In this document: one piece after another, positions 43,867 through 55,014 of the stretch
Layout of the letters: each line of letters begins with the position of its first letter
How positions within the stretch are numbered: position 1 is the first letter of the stretch
DNA from: Paraspadella gotoi
Lineage: Eukaryota > Animalia > Chaetognatha
DNA length: 64,000 nt
Direction of reading: 5' to 3'
Assembly (NCBI GenBank): GCA_051294375.1
Contig: CM119266.1
Location: forward strand, 13,121,972 to 13,185,971
Notes under the pieces: model-generated
What the model was told of the DNA's origin: nothing
The model's input: the letters and a program-made list of their open reading frames with translations, nothing else
Database searches by the model: none
Translations under genes and position numbers: made by a program

Positions 43867-46286
43867 TTACAACTCTTCTCGCTCCCCCTCAACGCCGCTG
43901 AGGTCCTCGGGCTCCTCTGTGGTCGGCGGCGGCTCCGACGAAGACTTTGTACCGTGGGTGGCGTTGTAGTATTTGCCGAAGCAATGGGACGAAACGTCAA
44001 TGGTGCAAGGGATGAGCCAACAGTAAGACAGGGCGATCTTTTCTTTTTCGTTCCTGATGAGACAGACGCCGAAGTTGTTTTGAGGATTGTTGCCTAGTCG
44101 CCTGGAGGCGCGGAAAGAGTGCGTGGACGGATGAAAAGAACCCTTGTTAACCGGAACTAAGGAAATATATAATAGAGAAATATTCATACTATTTAGCCGT
44201 TCTTTAGAGAAATTTCGAAACAAGTACGGAAATTCAAATGTGTGTTGCGCCGCGTTGACTTTCTTAGTGGTCTTTGATTCTTTATAGTTTACGATTTTCT
44301 GAAGGAGGCGCTAGCAGTCACTAAGATTTTAGGTTTTTTTTTTCCTGTCTTAACAAATGAGCAACCGACTATAGGCGAGCTATGAGCATTTTTAACATAA
44401 TTGGGACAGACCGACGGACAGACATACCGACCGATCGACCGACAAAAAATATCTCATAGAATTTGCTCCGTGATTACTCGCGGGGCAACTGAAAAAGGAA
44501 ACTTTCTCACCGAAAAAACTTTTTCTCCCTGTGGTAATAAATCTACCTGCAAAATCTGTAACCGTAATCTTTGGCCACCGTTTTCAAATACGGATCCAGT
44601 GTCTCGTTGGACCTTTCCAGACCGTGTAGGACGCGGAAGGCTTTGCGCCATTTTCGCAGGTCGTGGATGGCGTAGCTATGATCAGCTCCGCTGGACAGAT
44701 ACTCGATTCCGTCGACGCCGATGTCGGGAAATTCCACGGCGCCTTCTTTGCCGCCGTCGATGGCAAGTTTCCAGATCATGCACTCCTTGCCGTGCTGAGT
44801 AGTGGAGATAAATAATGAAAGATAAAATGGAGAAACGAAGGAAGGAAGAAAGGAAGGAAAGAAGAAAGGAAGGAAGGAAGAAAGGAAGGAAAGAAGCCGA
44901 GGAATGAATGAAAAGTTAATGAAAGCGAGAAACTGGTTTTGAAAATCTGATTGATTATTCAAATTATTCACGCTTTTTGCTTTCAGTTGATAAATTGATT
45001 GTTTTGAAATGAACTGATATAACATGTAACAAACGCAACTACTTTGTTTTTTTTTATATATTTAATAATATTTGAATACTTTTTGTTTGATTCTATTCTC
45101 AAGCATACCTATTGAGAAAAATAATTTTTTTATAGTATAAGAATGCTTCTGGAAAAGTATACAATGCATTTTTTAGTTAAAAATTTTATTATTAAGGTAT
45201 TGTTCGGGTCAGATTTTTAATAAAACTTACTTTTATTCTAAACATTATTAATGATATTGTTAGATACGTAACTTAATAATCAATTTATAATTCTGAATTC
45301 ACTATAAACAAATTAAGTCAGTAATAAATAAATATGTGGAGCCACGGAACGGATCCGGGACTCGGAACCAGGCTTGAGGGTTTCCCACACCCCCAAGGCG
45401 GTTTACGTCCTGCAACACCATGTAATTCATTACAAAAATCTTTTGGCACTTATTTGTTTGTTTCCAGATGGTAGTTTTAAGCTAGAAATATTTTAAATTC
45501 TAATATAACTTTTTACCGATTTCATTACGATTACATATCTGAAATTGCACACAACCTTACACAACTCTTGCAAGGTTGTGATGTTGCCAAACCTTGTCAT
45601 TGGACACGTAGCCTCGGTAAGGACAGGGGTTCGGCGGGTCGTTGGCCATCAGCCCCGGCGATCCCCCCCAAAAGCAAATGTTGTGCTCGGTCAGGTTGTG
45701 AATCGTCACTTCCTCTGGAAATTCGTCCGACGCGATGTACCACATGGGCAAAGAGGTCAGGCACATGGATAGGCCAAAGACTACCAGAAGCTAGTGAGGT
45801 GATCGAAATAAAAGGGAGAGGGATACGGATAATATAAAATATAAATATTTATTCTTAAAGCAAATATGAAATAACAAGGAAGAATCTTTATCAAATTGGT
45901 ACAACCAATATAAAAATTATCCATTCATTTATTAAATAAGCTATCTTGCCCCTGTCTTTGGACTGGCTTTGGTGGTTTAAGGCCTCCATCACTCTTACAA
46001 GATAATGACATAGCAGGCCCCTGCAAGCTTTCAATCAAGACTCTCTCACTTTATTCTTTATTCACTCCCAGAGTAAATGGCTTCCCAATCAATGAAGTGG
46101 TATAATGTTTCAAAGAATGTTTCAATTGTATGAAAAGGCCACTCCCTTAAGTAATGGATCGGGGAATACCTTTATAATATCCGTAAAAATGTCCAGGTTG
46201 CGGCGTAGCTTCCGGCGATAATCTTCGGTCATCGATATTTTCGATTCGCTCTCTGTTTCCGTCTCTTCGAATTCATCGTCGTCGGA
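43867..46286 (-). CDS. Putative type II membrane protein with a divergent kringle-like domain; start uncertain
   Basis: Phase-compatible exons 46286-46170, 46020-45999, 45780-45593, 44794-44547, 44101-43867. Spliced protein: acidic/basic N-terminus, hydrophobic GPAMSLSFFGLSMCLTSLPMWYIA, then CFWG..YRGYVSNDKHGKECMIW..FCRRLGNNP..GVCL..SYCWLIPC. Confidence 0.7.
45891..45964. repeat. Dispersed ~75-bp repeat (other copies 636-660, 37761-37824, 41849-41898, 53920-53994)
   Basis: Consensus TGAAATTGGTACAACCAATATAAAAATTATCCATTCATTTAATAAATAAGCTATCTTGCCCCTGACTTTGGACT, found in both orientations. Confidence 0.85.
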
Positions 46287-47267
46287 CTAACAAGATGCGG
46301 ATTCGATAAGTTACCATGATGGAAAAAAAATTGTCGCGGTTTGGAAAAGTTGGTTAATTTCATTGTCAAATATATTCTTTGGCCGTTAAATAAGTTTTAA
46401 TATGTAATATGACCTCCCTCGGACTGAATAAAAATATTATTTCTAAACAGCATAAAGTTATTTTTTTGCATACAATTACTTCCAAAAGAGGTTGTCTCTA
46501 ACTGTTTTCACCTCTTTTTGATCAGGACTATTCATATTATTATTAATATTATATCTCTGACATAATATTTTTTATCAGATTTTTAGGAAAAAATGATCTT
46601 TGGCAAGCAGTGAGAAGGATTGATCCCTTATAAAGTAAACCAGGCTTGAGTTGTTGCTTCACAAAATCTTTAATTTTTTTTTTGACTTGTTTGTTACTTC
46701 GTTCTGATAATACATCTAGAGGTAAATAAAAATGATAACTTTGTTCACAGAAAGGTTACCCAGAGCCTTATAACTTTTATTGATACTTTACAATATAAAA
46801 AAAGTATTCTCGAGCATCTACAGCATCAATGTATTTTTAACATCGCTCTTTTTTGGACATATGAATTAAGATTAATCCCTGAATCTATCCTAATGGAGAT
46901 GATGCAATAACCATTTGACATGAGACTGAGAAAAGGCAGGGATTTTTAATAGTAACGAATTAACTCAAAAAATAATAAAAAAGAACCGGAAATTAATATA
47001 AATGAAAAGTGTTGATATGAAAAAGATAAAAAAGAAAGAAGCATTTTTTTGGACAACTCATTTTCTTTTGCATGGAACTATTGTATTTTTTGTCGTACAT
47101 AAATGAGATACAGCTCAAATGAATCGCAAGAGGCCAAAGTTTCTTGATATCTAAATTTAATCTTTCGATTCTTACATTAAAATGCCGAAAAATAGCTGGA
47201 AAGTAACCGCGACCATTTTTTTTTCAATCATTTTAATGACAAACGCAAAGTAACGAAACGCAACTGA

Positions 47268-48256
47268 TCATTCGAAAAAAAACAAAAAACAAAAAACAAA
47301 AAACCAAACAAAAACAGATTGATAGTTGGCAACTTCGAGACTCGCCTCCTTCTTCTCTTCCTCCTCCTCGTTCTTCGCCGCCTTCGCCGCTCGCGCCGCC
47401 GCAGCCTCTTCCTGCTTCTTGCGGCGCAGCTCTTCGCGAACTGGATGTCGGTTGGCGCCGCCTGTCATGAGGGGAGGGAGCTTTAGCGTCGTCTTAGCGC
47501 TGTTATGAATGAGTCTCACTTGAGGTTTCGGTCTTTCCCCCTTGATTCTCTCTGTAGAAGGGGCTGTTCTTGAAGGCCTCTTCCTGCTCTCGCCACTCGC
47601 GAAGTCCCTTGGCAAAGATCTCTTCCACGCTGAGTACCTTTTGTTTTTCTGGGGACGGTAGCGGGTGAGAGGTACAAAGTTAAAGATGGAAAGAGAGTAA
47701 TAAAGACAGCAAGGAGGGAAAGGAATTAATAAAAAATAAACAAAAGATAAACAGAGAAGAGAAGAGAAAAAAAATTACCTAACATAAATAATAACAAACA
47801 TTAAATTCACAATGATTTCCCTTCCATTTTTTCTGTTCTTATTATTACCGTCTTAAAAAGTATGATTAATTAGTATTATTGAATATCCAGAAACACCCAA
47901 CTTCTGAACACCTTTCCCAGTTTTCCATTTTTTATCAACTCACTGAACTTGGACGAATCGGCCGAGCTGGGGCGGCTGTTCTCCGGCGATTGAAATGTAA
48001 TCTGCCGCTTGTCCTTTATCGTTTTGTTCGAGGAGACAGAACTGTAGCGGATATCATCAGAGACCTTTTCTCTGTGCTTTGCGTTTTTGGCCGCGTTTTC
48101 GTTGAAGGAATTTTCCACCACGATCTTGCCCTCAACTGACTCTTCGGCCAGCGGCTCCGATTGCTGCGAGTCGCGCCACTCTCTCCATTGCTTGTAGGCA
48201 AGACAATCGCGGTCCAGCTGCTCCCGTTGCTCTTTGGTCAAGAAGCGACGAAGCAT
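47268..48256 (-). CDS. Hypothetical charged/low-complexity protein, two exons; may be the 5' part of the kringle-like gene
   Basis: Exon 48256-47912 (MLRRFLTKEQ..KLGK|GT) joins in phase 0 to the exon starting at 47648 (KNKRYSAW..EELRRKKQEEAAAARAAK..EASLE). The 3' end is unresolved. Confidence 0.6.
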
Positions 48257-48708
48257 TTTCCCTTCTCGTGTAGTATAGTGTTTGAGTGTTGTACGAGGCG
48301 CGCTCGCGAGGAAAGAGAGGAAAAATCGAAGGAATCAGCCTGTGTTGTTTTTTTTTTAGGAGGTGGAAATGAAGTAAACAGGCAAAGTAAGGCCTAAATT
48401 TACCGCAAAAGTTTTCGGGCGCCATCGCTGTGGTTCCGTTGATATAATAAAAACTAGAAAATAAAACATATTGCATTATGATAGGAGGAGAAGCCCACAA
48501 AACCTCTAAAAAATAAAACGATATGAACGATAATCATAATAATAATTATAAAACAGTACAAATGAAATTTCTCTTTTTTTCTTTTAACTAAGGAATTATC
48601 GGATAACATTGTGAATAGATATAGAAATGTGAGAAGAGAAACATACATGATACTACGAAAGTTCAAGGAATTACAATAAACAATTAAACATCTTTGTCAA
48701 GAAACCTT

Positions 48709-49773
48709 TCACTTCAACGAATATCGGTTATGTGAAGAAGAGAACAAAACCTTCGGTTTGTTTTTCTTCTTCCGGCGATTCTCGTTCTTCGTTTCCGGCG
48801 CCTGTCCGGAAGCTTCGTAAGCTCCTGCGGTGCCGACAGCGAGGACATCCGGCGAAACACCCTTACTAACGCACGGCGCCGCGTCGCGAATATCCCGAGC
48901 GAAGGCGCGTGCGAAAGACGCCGGGCTTTCTCCCCAATCTTCGTAAAAGACGTCGTCGTCGCCGGTCGTTTCAATGACGCCGGGTTCGCTTTGGCAGGCG
49001 TCAACCGACTGACCGACTTTTGAAAGTAGAACGGGCTGGGGCTGCTGCGGCCCGCATTTCAGCGCGTGGGAAAACGTGACGTCTTCGATCGGCGATAGAT
49101 TAGATTTGACGAGATCGTGTTGGTGGGCGACGGGACAAGTCAGCTTGTGAACTACGAGACGAAGATTCTCCACCTCTTTCTCCCCCTCTTGCATTTCCCT
49201 TTTCAGCGTCTCCACCTCATCCTCCAGACTTTTTAACTTGATCTTCATTCGAGGTTCCAATATCCTGCGCTGCTGCTCCAGCCGACGCCGCTCCTCCGCT
49301 ACTTTTTCTCTTTCCAACTCCAATGATCTTTTGATCTTTTTTATTTCCGTTTCTCTCTCTCTCGCCAACTTTCGCTCTTCTTCTCTCTCCAATTCAAGGT
49401 TCTTGCTGCAAATCTCGTGGACGGACTTGAAATCTGGATGGGCCTCTCTAAACAATTCGTTTTCGGCCAGCAGTTGTTGAATTATCAACTTGGCTTTTTG
49501 TTTCTGTAGTAAAAAATGAAATCAAATAATTGTAAATTTTCAAATAAATAACGACAGATTTCTTACCGGATTTTCTAACTTGGCCACCATTTCTTTGTAA
49601 TCAAGTCCAAAATAGAGGCTTTTGACGACTTGGTTGGTGGTCTTCTTGCAGAAGGGACAAAGTGGGCTTTTCGATCTCCAAGTCTGGATACATTTTGCAT
49701 GGAAGACGTGGCCGCAATCGAGGGCCGACACTTCTTCTTTGAACAAGTTATCCAAACAAATCTGGCAGGACAT
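48709..49773 (-). CDS. RING-H2 plus coiled-coil E3 ligase, TRAIP-like, 2 coding exons, 333 aa
   Basis: Exons 49773-49567 and 49503-48709. CQIC..CGHVFHAKC..W..CPFC, post-RING VVKSLYF resembling TRAIP IINKLFF, then an E/K/R-rich coiled coil. No clear C-terminal PIP box. Confidence 0.85.
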
Positions 49774-50252
49774 TCCGAACTCCTGCAATATTGGCTAATT
49801 GTTAAGATAAATCAATTATTAGTGCATTTTAAAATTCAAAATCAGGATTTGAACGATTCGAAATGGCTTATCGTTAAAAAAAAAAAAAATTCACGAAAAA
49901 CATACCAGTCGAAATTTTTCGCCTATTTTTAAAAAAGAAAGATTTTCCCAAAGTTATGTATTTACTAAACGGAACTAACGCAAAATATTTCTTAGAATTA
50001 AAGTCATAACCTGATTTTGTTCAATGACGACCAAAAGCCCTCTGACGAACAAACGAGACATTAAAACCGTAACAGAAGAACACCGTTTCTATGTTTTAAA
50101 TTTTGCGTCGAAAGTAGAAACTTTAATTTCAAATTCAATTTATAAAAAGTTACCTTAGTTTTGTGTACATTATACATTATGGACTGATGACTGATCAAGA
50201 CATTCGAACTTTGAAACTAAAGACCCAAAATAAAGAGCTTTACTAAAAAAAA

Positions 50253-50672
50253 ATGGCCTGTAAGAAAATATTTTTGGGAACTTTGTTCTTTTTATTTATT
50301 TCTTCTTCGAATTCAACGATACTCGAGCGAGGCACCACCGCTTGCTTTCAGCCGTGTTGCAAGAACAGTCAAGATTTGTGCTGTCATTCGTTTCACGAAC
50401 GACCGGAAGGTAACTTCAGCATTTTTTTCATAATTTTTTTTTTTTCAATTTGTCTTTGTGTTCGCCACTTTCTGTTTTAAACTTCAGGACTCAACGTCGC
50501 CTGCAAGAGTTGCTGCGGCTATCGCCTCTGCTACGAAGGATATTGCGTCATTCCAAAGCCTCCGATGAAATGTCCTAAGAAGCACACGTGTACCTCTGCT
50601 AGGTCGCGAATTGAGCCAAAAGTTAAATCAATCGTCGCTCTTATCGTCGTCGTCGGTTTATTGTTTTTTTAA
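50253..50672 (+). CDS. Small secreted Cys-rich protein with hydrophobic C-terminus (putative GPI anchor), 113 aa
   Basis: Exons 50253-50409 and 50488-50672 (phase 1, GT-AG). Signal-like MACKKIFLGTLFFLFISSSNS, 12 Cys in the mature part, ends SIVALIVVVGLLFF-stop. Confidence 0.8.
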
Positions 50673-51180
50673 AACGTTTCTATCCAAGCAAGACGTTAAA
50701 AAAAACCAAACAAGACATGAAAAAAAATACTTAATTTACGCTAAATTAATATAATATTAATTAAGAAAAAAATTGAGTCGATTTGGTATTTTGGTTAATT
50801 TAATAGGCGCATCCTTTTTTTTTTCACTCAAACATCAATATGCAATAATGACCGCATCTTTTGAGCAAAACAAGGTTAACTTCCGTGGCAATTTAAATTT
50901 ATTGGGAAGATATGCATTTACTAGCATATATAATTATATAACACATTTCATATAGAAACACAATCCATCTCCAAACAGATATAAGAAATAGTACTCCATA
51001 AAAACGTGACAAGTAGTAGATTTTTTTTTTGCCAATTATTTTCTCCGTCGCGTCCGCTCGTATCCGCTCCAATCTCATCTCACATCCGTCACCTCTTGAA
51101 AACCAGACGCCTGTTATCTTGAGACCCAGCTTCACAACGGCGCCATACTCCTTAATCCTTATGTCTCCAGAAACCCCCCT

Positions 51181-54100
51181 TCACAACAGCACCAGACTCC
51201 TGATGGCCGCCTCGAAGATAACGTTCTTCGTCTTCTGGAAAATGGTCTTGACAATGTCAGTGTCGTTGGCGCTCATGAACTGCGTGTAGAGTCGCGTGAC
51301 GGCCTCTTCGTCCACGGGCGGCGTCTTCTCGCTCGGCGATCCGGGCGACTCCGCTGCCTCGGCGCTCTTGACCTCATTCCACACGTCGAGGAACTGCTTC
51401 TCCATGAAACGCTTAACGTTCTCCACGGGATCGATCTCGTCGGAAGAAGGTTCGGTGTGGTAACTGAAAAGGGAGATGTTAAGGATGAATAATCATAATG
51501 GTTATCATTTTGGAGTTTGAATATTCATTCTCCCCCTCACAGAGGCAGTTTTAGACATGAAAGTCTCGTGTTTGCAATAAAGGTGTTTTTGCAGAGAAAC
51601 TATTTTTTTTTCGTCGGTGCCTGCGCATTCATCGCTTGTACGAAGTTATAGCCTAACTATAAAACGAGTTTGCATCTTGCAGGTTTTTTCATGAAAATAA
51701 GTTTTACTATGTGTTCTTGTTTTTTAACCGTTGCACTTAATGGATTTTATCTTCCACTGCATCCCTTTGTATTATTCACATCGCATACATGCAAATCAAC
51801 TCACTTTTGATTCGGGTCGTACTTTGGGTGAGTTTTTTCGAAGGGCGACGTCGGAAGCTTCTTGCGCAACAAGTCCTCTTTGTTTAGATAAAGGATGACA
51901 GTCTTCTTTGGAGTCAATTCGATTAGCCTTCGAAAAACTGCTCAGAAAAAAAAGAAAGCCGTTAACTTATTAACAACACGATACAATCGACAGTTTCATC
52001 CCCTGGTCCACAACTGACCCGCGATCGATTCCACGAAGGAATTGACCTCCGGTTCTTCGGGCAACCCTTGGTCGTAATCCGACATGGATGCGAGAAAGAT
52101 GACGACGACGGCGTCGTGCAGCAAGTCGAGCCACACTCGACGATATTGACGCTGTCCGCTCACGTCCGTAACTCGGAAGATGACGCATTTCATTAGCTCT
52201 AATTCCTAGGGTAAAATTTGATGAAGTTATTTTCAAATAACTGAAAGAATTTAAATTTATTATTGGATAATTTATGGAGTAGAGAAAATTTAATGGTAAT
52301 CAAAACGTAATCCAGTCTTTCCTTTTTCAAATTACAAAAGAAAAATTAAAAAATTTTATATGCCTTCATTGAAATTTTTAATGCAAAAAACTATTATACT
52401 TTTAACTCTGATTTAAACAAAAGCTGTGTAAATAATTATGGATAAAATTTAATAAAACTATTTTAGAAGGATGTCCCATCATTAGGGTTTTAATTTGATA
52501 CCACGCACACCTTGCTATCTCTTTTCTTTCAGAAGTTATTCAAGAAAATAACTTTTTTTACCATTAAGAACTAAGGATTTGAACTACGCAGTACAAATCT
52601 TGCAGAAAAATTTTTCGTCATCTAGAGACATATCACTTTCAGTTGTACTCATCGCATAACTCATTTATGGTAAATGCTTGAAGAAATCAGCAAAACGTTT
52701 TCTCTTTTTTATAAATAGTACTAGCGCGTCAGAAATCTTTAGAGAAACTCGAAAATTTTATTCTGATAAATTTTGCCTTTTAAGGCTGACGTTTATGACC
52801 ATATCTCGGAAACTATTGTAGGAATTTTAAAACGGTTTTTTGCAAGTGAATATTGACATCATCCTCCAGGGACTGGCATAAAAATATATAAAAAAATATT
52901 TCCCATGAGGTATCGAATATGATTCTTAAATTAAAAATATACTTCAATTCTCAAGATATCAAAAATGTTAACCGAACACAACAGTCTTACGTTTAAAAAA
53001 GTTAATTGTTTTCGAACCTTGGATATTAAAAAGTTTTTCTTCATATTTGTCATGACTTTAGGAAGCTAACCATCGATAAAACCTTTTCGAGTAACGGAGG
53101 AGTCTTATCCTTAAGAAAATTTAAAAAAAAATAAATAAAAATCAGACATAACCTTAGACCCCCCCAAAATTTTCCATTCCACCCCTTTCTGTTTAGCCTT
53201 TTAGATATTATGCGGTTCTCATTAATGTTTTTCTTACAGAAATTATGTGTGATATGTATTTAGAAAACTAGGGCAGGAAGTCATATAACCTTGTGTTTCC
53301 CTCTGTTTCCAGAAGACAACACTGACAACCCTCTCCCATTAATAATATAATATTTTTAGATTTAGATTTTCAAAAAACAAAATTAATATATATAAAAAAA
53401 AATAATAATAATAGTAATAATAATAATAATAATAATANNNNNNNNNNNNNNNNNNNNNNNNNNNNNNNNNNNNNNNNNNNNNNNNNNNNNNNNNNNNNNN
53501 NNNNNNNNNNNNNNNNNNNNNNNNNNNNNNNNNNNNNNNNNNNNNNNNNNNNNNNNNNNNNNNNNNNNNNNNNNNNNNNNNNNNNNNNNNNNNNNNNNNN
53601 NNNNNNNNNNNNNNNNNNNNNNNNNNNNNNNNNNNNNNNNNNNNNNNNNNNNNNNNNNNNNNNNNNNNNNNNNNNNNNNNNNNNNNNNNNNNNNNNNNNN
53701 NNNNNNNNNNNNNNNNNNNNNNNNNNNNNNNNNNNNNNNNNNNNNNNNNNNNNNNNNNNNNNNNNNNNNNNNNNNNNNNNNNNNNNNNNNNNNNNNNNNN
53801 NNNNNNNNNNNNNNNNNNNNNNNNNNNNNNNNNNNNNNNNNNNNNNNNNNNNNNNNNNNAATACTAGATGGAAAATTTCAAAAAAATTACTTGTTTCACT
53901 ATTTTAAGTCTAAGATTCTATGAAATTAGTACAACCAATATAAAAATTATCCATTCATTTAATAAATAAGCTATCTTGCGCCTGACTTTGGACTTTATAA
54001 TATCATTGTAGGAAATCCTTTCTTTCGTTGTATTTTCGAAATTCGGAAAAACTTTTTCGAATAATATTCATAAATAAATAATTATTACAAATTCTATATT

Positions 54101-54417
54101 TTTATTATATGACTTAAAATAGTGAAACAAGTAATTTTGAAATTTTCATAGTATTTTATTTTCATTGTAATACTTTTAAATACATATACCGCGGCCAGTT
54201 AACCCTATTCGAACCTTGTAACAAGTATTCCTGGTTCTTCTTCGCGAATTCAAGATGTCCTGCTGTGTGGGAACGTACTCTGGGTGGGATATCCTGTCCA
54301 GGTGAGTCATGAAGTAGGGCAAGTTGTCTTCGACGGTGTGATCGAGGAATTCCGCCCGACGATCGAAACACGCCACCACGTTCTCGTCCTCCCAAATGCT
54401 AAAAACCCAAAGTGTTT

Positions 54418-54471
<54 letters not shown>

Positions 54472-55014
54472 ACCTTCTCGCCATTTGCGAGAACTCCGTG
54501 GACAACACCGTCCGTCCGGCGGCGGATGTGGTGACGACGTGATCGTACCCCGACCTCCGAATTCGATCCAAGTAAATCTGATTGAGCTCGTTGGTGTATC
54601 GCATCTGCAGCCTGTCCATGTGGAATGTGAGATGCTTCACCGACTCGTAAATGTTGTAAAAAATGATCTCGGTGAATTTGGCCGCCCGTGTCGGGTCCGT
54701 GAATCCTTCGCCGTGAAGGATCTCCATCTGGTTGAGAAATGTTGTCTTTCCGGCGCCGCCTTAAATTAAATTTTAAAAGGAGAGGGAAGAAGGGATCATG
54801 AGCTGGCGAGATGGTAAAAAAAAAAAAATGAAGCGAACGCCGGCATTAGCGCTACGGGAGATAAATCGACGTCAAGGACACCTGTTCCGAGCAACAGCAA
54901 ATTGACGTAGTTCTTCTTCTTCGCCCTTTTGATGTCATTTTCGATCTTTTTGCTGACGACGGCCTGGTCCGATTTATCGCACATCGTTGCTCCGCAGCAG
55001 GACGATCCGCACAT
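51181..55014 (-). CDS. Divergent heterotrimeric G-protein alpha subunit, 6 exons, 401 aa
   Basis: Exons 55014-54882, 54759-54474, 54398-54215, 52205-52019, 51937-51805, 51463-51181, in phase. G1 LLLLGTGGAGKTT, YVPTQQDILNSRRRT, G3 DVSGQR, G4 LYLNKED, G5 FMSANDT. Confidence 0.95.
53864..54151. mobile_element. MITE (~288 bp) with ~41-47 bp TIRs, flanked by TA (Tc1/mariner-type TSD), in G-alpha intron 3
   Basis: 53864-53910 (ctagatggaaaatttca..ttacttgtttcactattttaagtc) is the near reverse complement of 54111-54151. TA lies at 53862-63 and 54152-53. TIR-like fragments also occur at ~2399, ~10992 and ~33005. Confidence 0.7.

Noticed and set aside
45330-45410. Possible extra exon in the kringle-like gene
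   Set aside because: No convincing donor, and skipping it gives the intact YRG..S...G.EC..W motif.
52400-53330. Transposon-like sequence in G-alpha intron 3
   Set aside because: Only a compositional impression. I found no TIR, TSD or ORF.
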